Source of the DNA: an uncultured Pseudomonadota bacterium
GTDB taxonomy: Bacteria > Pseudomonadota > Alphaproteobacteria > RF32 > CAG-239
Reading direction: 5' to 3'
Assembly: GCA_949295935.1 (NCBI GenBank)
Contig: CASFMW010000012.1
Coordinates: forward strand, 1 to 50,519
DNA length: 50,519 nucleotides
Position 1 is the stretch's first letter; the number at the start of each line of letters is the position of its first letter. The notes under the pieces are model-generated. The model made no database searches and was not told the origin of the DNA. It saw only the letters and a program-made list of their open reading frames with translations. A program made the translations under genes and the position numbers. Of the stretch, positions 1 to 8,062 are shown piece after piece.

Positions 1-263
1 TATCACCTTTCTTAGCTTGTCTTCACGACTCTAATATATCATATTTTCGCTAGTCTTTCAATACTATTTTTATTTTGAGATGGGAGTGTGGTGAAAAAAT
101 GTTAGAACAATTTCAATATAGATTGACTGGCTTAGGAAGAGAGAGAATTTGTAGCAAGGCTTTAGCAGGTTTGGAGGGCAAACACGTGAAAATCTGGATG
201 AGAACGACATCATCCGTTATGAAGACATTTACGGTCGTGCTTAATTTTTTTTGAAACAAGATA

Positions 264-300
264 ATATCCCCGAAAAAATTAATTTCGGGGATATTTTTTA
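264..300 (+). terminator. Rho-independent terminator-like hairpin
   Basis: Perfect 12-bp stem atatccccgaaa (264-275) / tttcggggatat (283-294), followed by a T-run (294-299). Confidence 0.5.
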
Positions 301-422
301 TAGTTGGAATTAAAACATATGATGTGAAAAAATAATATCAATAATTTTATCTAGACAAAAATTAATTTTGTGTTATTATTGCTGGTGAAGCTTTATTATT
401 AATCTTTTAAAAATTTATAATT

Positions 423-1064
423 ATGAACAAAGACAGACTTTCTCCAAGCAACGAATTGCTTGACCGTCAAGACATTAATTTACTGTGGACAAATTTTGAA
501 AGCGCGATGCATTTAGAGGTGTGCATTCGTGAGTATTTTTTTGAAATCTGCCATACCAATGACTTAATAGAAAAATATTTGGATTTTTATGCAAACAAAC
601 CCGAATATCTGTTACGATTGCACTTTTGGAAAGGACAGCACCAGCGCCTAAATAGTCTAAGAAGAGCTTGTTTGGTAGAAAAATTCCAACAGGAATACAC
701 TAATAAAGACAAGTATTATTATCGGGCAATAATGGATAGGCTGTGTGATAGTCTTAATTTGCGCGCTATGCTGCCCAAAGACTTCTTTTATCTTTTGAAT
801 TGTCAGGAAAGCGATTTTATCAAAGAAATCAAAGGTTATCTGAAAATGATAAAAGACATGGACCTCACTGCTGATACATTTATCAAAATTGTGCCGCAAG
901 AACATCATAATTTTATGTTCAAACATAATTTCTACAAAGTGCGAAATGACGTATACGAGCTTACAGATAGAGGCGATAAGGCACTCTTGGTTCCTTATAG
1001 CGATGAAGCTCTCAAGCGCTATAATTTGGTGGCCTTTATAGAAGCTCTGAGTGCGCCAATTTAA
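423..1064 (+). CDS. hypothetical protein (213 aa), no recognisable domain
   Basis: Longest ORF in the region. It is followed by a strong hairpin terminator. No motif recognised by eye. Confidence 0.5.
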   Translation: MNKDRLSPSNELLDRQDINLLWTNFESAMHLEVCIREYFFEICHTNDLIEKYLDFYANKPEYLLRLHFWKGQHQRLNSLRRACLVEKFQQEYTNKDKYYYRAIMDRLCDSLNLRAMLPKDFFYLLNCQESDFIKEIKGYLKMIKDMDLTADTFIKIVPQEHHNFMFKHNFYKVRNDVYELTDRGDKALLVPYSDEALKRYNLVAFIEALSAPI

Positions 1065-1103
1065 GTATGCTGTGCGACATTAGCTGACGAAAGGCTATAA
1101 ACT

Positions 1104-1137
1104 AAAAATGAGCGAGGTTTTTACCTCGCTCATTTTG
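1104..1137. terminator. bidirectional hairpin terminator between convergent genes
   Basis: Perfect 11-bp stem atgagcgaggt (1108-1118) / acctcgctcat (1123-1133). A-run upstream and T-run downstream. Confidence 0.6.
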
Positions 1138-1154
1138 TTGATTGGTGGACTATG

Positions 1155-1703
1155 TTATATTACATATCTTCTTGTGATGTCCTTAAACTGGTCGCTGCCG
1201 GCTTTTTCCAGCCATTCAAATACGACCATTTCATAAGTCACAATGTTTACCCCGTCATTACTCATTCTTTGTAGCGCAAAGACATGTTGCAGATTTTTTC
1301 GCGATGAGCAGGCATTTGCCACCACAAAAACCTCATACCCCTGTGCTGTTAAATCTAATGCCGTTTGCAAAACGCAAATATGAGTCTCTACTCCGGCGAT
1401 GATAATCTGGCTCTTGCCGCTTTGCTTTATTTTTTCCATAATTGCATTATTTTTTGCACAAGAAAACTCTATCTTTTCAACATAAGAATCTGTTTTTTTG
1501 GCGACTTGTCTTACATCTACTATCGTTTGGCCTAAGCCCTTTGGATATTGCTCGGTAATTAAGTATTCGATCCCCAGTTCCTCCGCTATGGCAACCAAAT
1601 GTGCGCAACTATTTATTACCTCTCGCGGGTTGTCCATCGCTGTTACCAAACGCTCTTGAACGTCTATTATCAGCAGTAGCGAATCCTCTTTTCTCATTAA
1701 CAT
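1155..1703 (-). CDS. isochorismatase-family cysteine hydrolase
   Basis: N-terminal LLLIIDVQERL and C-terminal IIAGVETHICVLQTALDL...VFVVANACSS are the typical isochorismatase/YcaC-like signatures. Size is 182 aa. Confidence 0.8.
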   Translation of the reverse strand: MLMRKEDSLLLIIDVQERLVTAMDNPREVINSCAHLVAIAEELGIEYLITEQYPKGLGQTIVDVRQVAKKTDSYVEKIEFSCAKNNAIMEKIKQSGKSQIIIAGVETHICVLQTALDLTAQGYEVFVVANACSSRKNLQHVFALQRMSNDGVNIVTYEMVVFEWLEKAGSDQFKDITRRYVI

Positions 1704-1801
1704 TTTATTACCTTTCTGCTTACGAAACGGTTGACTCTCTCATCAAAATAAATAATACTGCATTTAATCCTTTACAACAATTTTTTTATAGAAGATTTAA
1801 C

Positions 1802-2632
1802 ATGAATTTTTTAGACCTCGGACTTAGTGATAAAACAGTTAAAGCCATTGAAGAGCTTGGCATCACTGAACCTACTACCGTTCAAAATGATGTTATTCCC
1901 TCTATTTTGCAGGGAAAAGATATTTTTACCATTGCTCCTCAGTGTTGCGGTAAGACGTGTTCTTATGTTTTTCCTCTTTTGGATATTATCAGCAATGCTA
2001 AAACTGATGCTTCAAAATCAGCACCAAATATTCTTATCATTACGCCGGATTCCGAGCAGTCTGTGGCTGTTTCCGACCGCTTGGCCCTGTTTAACAAATA
2101 TCATGAAATTAGCGAAACAACTGTTAAAGACGCTGAAGAAGATATTAATGCTGAGGCTAATGTTATTATCGGTTCTCCTGACTTGTTAGTTGAATTGATT
2201 GAATCTGATAAAATCGACCTTTCTAAAACGAACATCTTGGTTGTGGACGATATTAATCTTATCAAAAAACGCAAGCAGCTGTCTAATCTGGAGAAAATTT
2301 TAGATATTCTGCCTTCAGATAAGCAAAATATTGTTTATACAAACCGCCGCTCGAAAGAAACTCAGGGAATTCTTGATAAAATTTTGAAAGCACCGGAGGA
2401 GATTAAAGTTGATAAAAACAAAGAGCAAGAAACTCAACAAGTTGCGGCGCTTGAGCCTGCTTCTCAGACTGAAAAAGCGCAGCCATCTCCAGCGCAAAAA
2501 GAAAAAACTTCTCGTCGTTTTTGCCAGCCGGTTAAAGATAAAGAAGCGATTAATTACATTAAAAACTATAATTCTTTTAACGGAAAAACCCCTGAATTTT
2601 TGACATTTAAAGGTCTTTTGGTGAGGGATTAA
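1802..2632 (+). CDS. DEAD-box helicase-like protein, RecA-like domain 1 only, degenerate motifs
   Basis: Internal ATG at 1802 chosen because the track ORF start (1601) overlaps the opposite-strand hydrolase gene. Q-motif-like FLDLGLS...GITEPTTVQNDVIPSILQGKD is present. Motif I is APQCCGKT (vs AxTGxGKT), motif Ib SPDLL (vs TPGR), motif II VVDD (vs DEAD), motif III YTN (vs SAT). There is no helicase C-terminal domain; the C-terminus is a K/E/Q-rich tail. Confidence 0.6.
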   Translation: MNFLDLGLSDKTVKAIEELGITEPTTVQNDVIPSILQGKDIFTIAPQCCGKTCSYVFPLLDIISNAKTDASKSAPNILIITPDSEQSVAVSDRLALFNKYHEISETTVKDAEEDINAEANVIIGSPDLLVELIESDKIDLSKTNILVVDDINLIKKRKQLSNLEKILDILPSDKQNIVYTNRRSKETQGILDKILKAPEEIKVDKNKEQETQQVAALEPASQTEKAQPSPAQKEKTSRRFCQPVKDKEAINYIKNYNSFNGKTPEFLTFKGLLVRD

Positions 2633-2650
2633 GTTTTTATCCATTAATTA

Positions 2651-2678
2651 AAGCCGCTTTCTAGGCGGCTTTTTTTTG
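2651..2678 (+). terminator. Rho-independent terminator between convergent DEAD-like gene and virB11
   Basis: Stem aagccgc (2651-2657) / gcggctt (2665-2671), followed by a T8 run. Confidence 0.6.
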
Positions 2679-2681
2679 TTG

Positions 2682-3656
2682 CTAGGTGATTTCTGTTACG
2701 GCTCTTAGATTGCCCTCACGGTTAATCTGAATAACTCTTAAACGGCGGTGCATTTCCTGAATTGTTTTATTGCGGTCAGCCGTTGGATAAGTGTGCAAAA
2801 TTCTATCCATGAAAGCCTCATAGGCGGCCTCTGAACTCTCAGCGTGTATTGTGGCCAAACAGTTATCGTGTCCTGACCCCATAAGCTCCCAAATTGCACC
2901 GGCATTTTGGGTTGAAATCTCACCGCCGATAATTGCATCAGGCGTAAAACGAACAACCAAGTCAATAACCTTTGCATAATCAAACTCGTTTGTTTGCTCT
3001 GTTCTTGATAAGACAATGTGTGCTCTGTTGGGGTGTGGAACAATTAATTCTCTTGTATCTTCTATGGTTACTATTCGTTTGTGCATATCTAATATCTTGA
3101 GCAGGTTATTCAAAAATGTTGTTTTACCAGTCGAGGTTGCACCACTCACTAATATATGGTCCCCTCTTTTGATACTCAACAATAGTCTTTCATAGGGGTC
3201 TTCCGGATCTTTTATATTTTTTAATGGATTTATTTTTTGAAGCTTTTCTCCTTGTTTAATTCCGTAATCTTGTAATCCAAATGCAACATCATCTGAATGC
3301 ACACGAATCGTCAGTGCTATTCCTCCGGTTAAGTCATGTTCATCATACATGATGTTTTTTCCGGCTATTGCAGAAAAACGATGATCTCCGGGAATTGTGG
3401 CATAGACCACCGGACTGCCAGAAACAGGATCAAACGGAAGTTCATAAGTATTGGCTACTATATAAAGCAAGTCTGTCAGATATTCTTTGGTGAGCTTTTC
3501 GTCTTTATACATTACCCACGGATAGGCTCTTTTTCCTCTGAGTCTTAACCAAATCATGCCGGCATTGTTGATTGCTACCTCTTCTATGTTATCCTGATTA
3601 TACCAATAAGATAATGGTCTTAATACAGATTCTAAAACCTTAAAACTATCGCTCAT
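2682..3656 (-). CDS. virB11: type IV secretion ATPase VirB11
   Basis: Walker A GATSTGKTT, Walker B-like AIIGGEIS, His-box CLATIHAES. Size is 324 aa. It is the last gene of the virB-ordered operon. Confidence 0.9.
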   Translation of the reverse strand: MSDSFKVLESVLRPLSYWYNQDNIEEVAINNAGMIWLRLRGKRAYPWVMYKDEKLTKEYLTDLLYIVANTYELPFDPVSGSPVVYATIPGDHRFSAIAGKNIMYDEHDLTGGIALTIRVHSDDVAFGLQDYGIKQGEKLQKINPLKNIKDPEDPYERLLLSIKRGDHILVSGATSTGKTTFLNNLLKILDMHKRIVTIEDTRELIVPHPNRAHIVLSRTEQTNEFDYAKVIDLVVRFTPDAIIGGEISTQNAGAIWELMGSGHDNCLATIHAESSEAAYEAFMDRILHTYPTADRNKTIQEMHRRLRVIQINREGNLRAVTEIT

Positions 3657-3667
3657 CTTCTTTCTCC

Positions 3668-6600
3668 CTAAAACAGCTGAGGAACGCTATCATCATTTCC
3701 TTTGCTAGTTTCGGCCTTGGTGTTTGTTCCTGAACTTGCAGTTTGTCTGTTGGTGGTTGAAACTGCCGGTGTCATTGATGATGATGGTGGGGGCGGCGGA
3801 GGTAATGCTCCGTTTACATTGCTATTATTTTTTACCTTTGAATCATCTATTAATTTTGGACTACCTGATGATGTATTATTTGTACCTCCGGAACCATATA
3901 CTACTTGGTTATTTCCTCCATTAACTTGTGTTGTGCTGCTTCCTTCAACCTTTTTCTCATTAATGTCATCCTGAACTTTCTTATCATCTATTAGAAGATC
4001 TGTTTTATTAAGCTCTGTTTCTGAGGCGTCTCGTTCAGCCGTTCTTAACCATAAATCTACGTTCGGGAACACAATAATTCTGGTTCCTGCAGGAACGTAA
4101 GTTAATGGTTTTATATTGCTCTTATCTGCTAAGATTTCAGAAAAAACTTCATTCATTTGCGTCAAGAAATTATCTCGAGCATCATTTGCGGCTTGCTGTT
4201 TTGACGTTTCGACTTCACCATTATTCTCTTCGTTTGTTGCCATCAAGTAGGATGTATAACTCGTTAAGGCTGTTGTCATTATCGGCAAGGTATATTTCTT
4301 AAATAGCTGCTGATCAAGATAACCTAAAGCACCGCCGCGCCCCATCGCATCTGCTGTTATACCTTGAAATGTAAATAATACGCCATCTGGTCTGATTAAG
4401 CGTTCCCATGTAATCTGAACTCTTGCTGAAGAAGAAGTATCTTCTGTGGTTGCTACCATGCTGTTTAATGTTCCCATTAAACGGCTTCCTGCCGGAATTA
4501 CTATATTTCGGCCTTCTTCTGCATATACATTGCGTTCAACATATGCTGTTATCGGTGTTGGATTGTTGGAGTCAATTGAACGGGCAATTACGGCAGGAAT
4601 TGGTTTGTCTGCCAATATCATTTCGCTCATATCGACACGCCACGATGAAATTGCTTTTGATATTCCTTCTGCGTCCCAATTTTTTTGATAGCCATCAAAA
4701 GTTTCTGGTTTTATGCCACTTGAAATATGTCCTACCGTAATATTTTGACGACGGAAATTTTGCGCAGCAGCTAATGCAGCAGCACGTCGAGGATCATATC
4801 TTTCTCCAGGACCGAATCCTCCTCCTGGGCCTAAATTGCTAGCAACATTGCCCACACCATAGGCTCCTCCATCCCCAAATGTTCCTGAGGGGACAAACAA
4901 GCCTTCCCCGTCAGGGCGTTTTACTTCTTCTATACCAATCAGGGTTCCGTCATCATCCATTATCAATCCGTCCGGAGTTCTTCTGCCTAGATAATTTCCG
5001 TTTTTATCAACGACTCTTCCATCTTCGAGAATATCGCCAAGGTATTCTCCATCAGGAGTTAAAGCTATGTTCAGAGATTTTCTGTATTGATCTCCCTTGT
5101 AAGGAATTTCTTCTGTCTTTTCGTATACGCCAATTTTGGGTAAGTCTTTTTTTACTTCTGTTCGTGGCTTGCGCTCATACCAATCTTGTCCTTTTCCTCC
5201 GATTATGCTTCCATCTGCACCTCTGACTGTTCCGTCCTCACCAAGTGTTCCGATTAATTTTCCATCTTCATCGTAGACATTACCTTCACCCGCGACATAA
5301 CCGACAACATTTCCATCAGAATCATATATTTTTTCTCTGTCTTGGATAACATTGTAATACTGCAAGGAGTTTGCCTTGCCGATTTCTTCTCCCGAATCGT
5401 TATAAATTCCGCCTTCGTTGCCTAATTTTCCGATAACTGTGCCATTTAAGTTGACTAAATCGCCGTTAAATGAAAGCTCTCCCAGAACTTCATTATTTTT
5501 TTCATTGATAATATAATAGTCACGGTTGCCTCTGGCCAAAACCTTTCCGTTTCTGTTAACCATAAAGCCGCGGTCAATTTTGCCGATTTTACTGCCATCA
5601 ATGCCTCGGATTGAACCATCGGTACCAAGGCTGCCTATAGATTTATTTGCACCGTCATAAACATACATATCATATAGTGCATAACCGATATTAGCACCGA
5701 CAGCATCTTTAACAAAACCATTCCATGTAACCGTTCCTACCGACTTTCCGGTATTATCGTAAACCTTGCCGTCAGAATATATTTCGCCCATATAGCGATT
5801 GCTATTATCAAATGCATGTCTGTATTTAAACAGTCTTCCGATAATTGCATTATTGCTCGATTTTACATTTTCATCAGGTGTAGCTTGCCCTATTAACTGA
5901 TTATTTTCATTCACGACCTGATTATTCAATATTGTTTGACCTATCGGGCTACTGTTAAAATTCATAACCGGATACTGAACAATTCTTGTTCCGAGAAGTT
6001 TTCCGTCTTGTCCATAAAGCCGACCTTGCGCATTTATGCAGCCAAGCATTTTGTTTTCTGCGCTTAAAACTTTTCCATCAGCAGAAATTGTGCCAATAAT
6101 ACCATTCTCTCCAATAACTGCTCCCATATCAACGCCATAACCAATGAAACTTCCGCCTTCATCAAAAGCTTGGTTGTTAAGCATTATTCTTCCGATTTTT
6201 ACGCCACGACTGTTTTTTATATCTCCGGTTGAATTGAGGTAGCCCAAAGGTTGGCATTTTTCATTAACAATGGTCTTATAATCCATTAGATCGCCGATTA
6301 AAATACCGTTATTATCAGTTACAGCCCCGCTTGCTCCGGCTTTTCCTATAATCGAGCTCCCCAAATCTTTTACCTCGCCGTTGTCTTGGATATATCCAAG
6401 CAGTTCACCGCGGAAAGAAATGACAACGTCACCAGCCAATCCGGTGCCTATTTTTGGCATCAGCTGCGTTTCATCTGCATTGTTGGCTTTTGCAATTGAC
6501 AAATCCGGCAATATCTTTCCTATTATCTTACTCTGGTTATTAACGATCAGATTGTCTCCGGCGATATTCCCTAATACTTCTTTAAAAAAGCTTAGGGCCT

Positions 6601-8059
6601 TTGTTGCTAATATCTGACCACCTATCAGGCTTCCGTTTTCTCTTAAAGCTATTCCTGACTGAGTGATTTTTCCTCCGGTATCTGAGCCATTTATTTTTAA
6701 GCTGCCATCTGCAGAAATTCTACCACTTTCTTGTCCATTCATGCTATATATGGCGCTATTGCTCAAAAGATGACCGCCCAGCTGTCCGTCTGCTGAAAAG
6801 ACATATCCAAAAGGAGAAACCTGATATTCTTTTTCGCCTTTATTAATTGTTCCTCTGATGCCAGAAATTCCAAGCGGCTGATTATTTAAGTCTATGGCTT
6901 GTGTCAAACTCAATGTTTTGCCAAGAAGTCGACCACTTGTTTCATAGCTACTGGAACCATAGGCATAACCCAGTGGGCTTCCTTCTATGCTAACCGTTTC
7001 TCCAGAAAAAGTATTTTGTCCTCTGATTTTTCCCTGATAATCAAGAACTGGACCTGTTTGAATTATTTTTCCTAGCTCTTGCTTTTCAGTGTTTTGGACT
7101 ATTCCGTTTGGACCAACATTTCCTATCGTTTCTCGGGCTTGAGCTACTTTTCCTTCCGGCATCAGTCGACCAATATATTCGCCCTTGCGGTTTGATATTG
7201 TTGCGCTAATGTCCAGAATCTGTCCGATTACCTGACCTTCAGCATTTAAGGCAAGATTATTCATTCCCTGATATCCGACAATATTGCCTTTGTTTACAAC
7301 TTCTCCGTTATAAGTTACCAAGCCGATATATTGGCCCATATTATCAAAAGCATAACCATTTCGAACAAGTTGACCAATAACTTTTGCCTCTTCATCATAA
7401 GCCAAGCCATTAGCATGTATCTTTCCGATTTTTTTGCCGTCTAGGTCTCTGACTTCGCCTCCTGGGACAATACTTCCGATAAACTTTCCGTCAGGAGAAA
7501 CAACCATTTTATTTGATATTAAACGGCCTTCAAGAATCGCCTCACCTCCGCTTAAGCTGTAAGCGTAACCATCTGCTGTTACAAAACCTTTCTTTCGGCC
7601 TTGGATATCTGTATATTGGCCGTTTCCGGTTAATCGTCCGATGGTCTCTCCCGTATCAGAATAAACCAGTCCGGGGAATAAAACGCCTCCGATGATTTTA
7701 AAATAATCATCAACAACCAAGCCATTTGGCAAGGCCTTACCGATTATACGACCCGAGGCTTGTCGAACAGAACCATCGCTGTTAACCTTACCAAGAATCC
7801 TGTTGTCAATGCCGATTGCTATGCCTTGCGGGACAACACCTCCGATTAACTTTCCGTCAAAATTAACAATCAAGCTGTCTGCCGTGACATTTCCTATCAG
7901 CTCGTTTTCATAGCTGACGACCTTTCCGTCAGAAATGACTTTTCCAAGTAGATCCCCGTTAAAGTCTATGGCTGTGATTTCTGCTGCTTGTGTTTGGGCG
8001 CAGAATAATGCCATTATGGATGCCGCGAGTAAACATATTCTTGATGTTTTTTTCTTCAC
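3668..8059 (-). CDS. virB10: repeat-expanded VirB10/TrbI-family protein with N-terminal signal peptide (1463 aa)
   Basis: GTG start with GGAGG 9 nt upstream. Signal peptide KKKTSRICLLAASIMALFCAQTQA|AE. About 1000 aa of ~17-residue repeats follow. TrbI/VirB10 C-terminal domain (approx 4046-4651): DKPIPAVIARSIDSN, VIPAGSRLMG, ITWERLIRPDG, PAGTRIIVFPNVDLWL. The protein ends in a 125-aa S/T/N-rich tail containing PPPPPP. Confidence 0.85.
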   Translation of the reverse strand: MKKKTSRICLLAASIMALFCAQTQAAEITAIDFNGDLLGKVISDGKVVSYENELIGNVTADSLIVNFDGKLIGGVVPQGIAIGIDNRILGKVNSDGSVRQASGRIIGKALPNGLVVDDYFKIIGGVLFPGLVYSDTGETIGRLTGNGQYTDIQGRKKGFVTADGYAYSLSGGEAILEGRLISNKMVVSPDGKFIGSIVPGGEVRDLDGKKIGKIHANGLAYDEEAKVIGQLVRNGYAFDNMGQYIGLVTYNGEVVNKGNIVGYQGMNNLALNAEGQVIGQILDISATISNRKGEYIGRLMPEGKVAQARETIGNVGPNGIVQNTEKQELGKIIQTGPVLDYQGKIRGQNTFSGETVSIEGSPLGYAYGSSSYETSGRLLGKTLSLTQAIDLNNQPLGISGIRGTINKGEKEYQVSPFGYVFSADGQLGGHLLSNSAIYSMNGQESGRISADGSLKINGSDTGGKITQSGIALRENGSLIGGQILATKALSFFKEVLGNIAGDNLIVNNQSKIIGKILPDLSIAKANNADETQLMPKIGTGLAGDVVISFRGELLGYIQDNGEVKDLGSSIIGKAGASGAVTDNNGILIGDLMDYKTIVNEKCQPLGYLNSTGDIKNSRGVKIGRIMLNNQAFDEGGSFIGYGVDMGAVIGENGIIGTISADGKVLSAENKMLGCINAQGRLYGQDGKLLGTRIVQYPVMNFNSSPIGQTILNNQVVNENNQLIGQATPDENVKSSNNAIIGRLFKYRHAFDNSNRYMGEIYSDGKVYDNTGKSVGTVTWNGFVKDAVGANIGYALYDMYVYDGANKSIGSLGTDGSIRGIDGSKIGKIDRGFMVNRNGKVLARGNRDYYIINEKNNEVLGELSFNGDLVNLNGTVIGKLGNEGGIYNDSGEEIGKANSLQYYNVIQDREKIYDSDGNVVGYVAGEGNVYDEDGKLIGTLGEDGTVRGADGSIIGGKGQDWYERKPRTEVKKDLPKIGVYEKTEEIPYKGDQYRKSLNIALTPDGEYLGDILEDGRVVDKNGNYLGRRTPDGLIMDDDGTLIGIEEVKRPDGEGLFVPSGTFGDGGAYGVGNVASNLGPGGGFGPGERYDPRRAAALAAAQNFRRQNITVGHISSGIKPETFDGYQKNWDAEGISKAISSWRVDMSEMILADKPIPAVIARSIDSNNPTPITAYVERNVYAEEGRNIVIPAGSRLMGTLNSMVATTEDTSSSARVQITWERLIRPDGVLFTFQGITADAMGRGGALGYLDQQLFKKYTLPIMTTALTSYTSYLMATNEENNGEVETSKQQAANDARDNFLTQMNEVFSEILADKSNIKPLTYVPAGTRIIVFPNVDLWLRTAERDASETELNKTDLLIDDKKVQDDINEKKVEGSSTTQVNGGNNQVVYGSGGTNNTSSGSPKLIDDSKVKNNSNVNGALPPPPPPSSSMTPAVSTTNRQTASSGTNTKAETSKGNDDSVPQLF
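4935..7975 (-). repeat. coding array of degenerate ~17-residue (G-x-V-x-D-x-x-G-x-x-I-G) repeats inside virB10
   Basis: Translated units include DGKVVSYENELIGNVTA, DGSVRQASGRIIGKALP, NGEVVNKGNIVGYQGM and DGTVRGADGSIIGG. Boundaries are approximate. Confidence 0.7.
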
Positions 8060-8062
8060 TTT

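Noticed and set aside
99-254. 51-codon plus-strand ORF ending just before the 264-300 terminator
   Set aside because: Too short and featureless to call. The terminator could equally belong to a gene or sRNA starting upstream of the window.
1601-1801. N-terminal 67 codons of the 343-aa track ORF
   Set aside because: They overlap the 5' end of the opposite-strand isochorismatase-family gene. The helicase-like homology begins exactly at the internal Met (1802).
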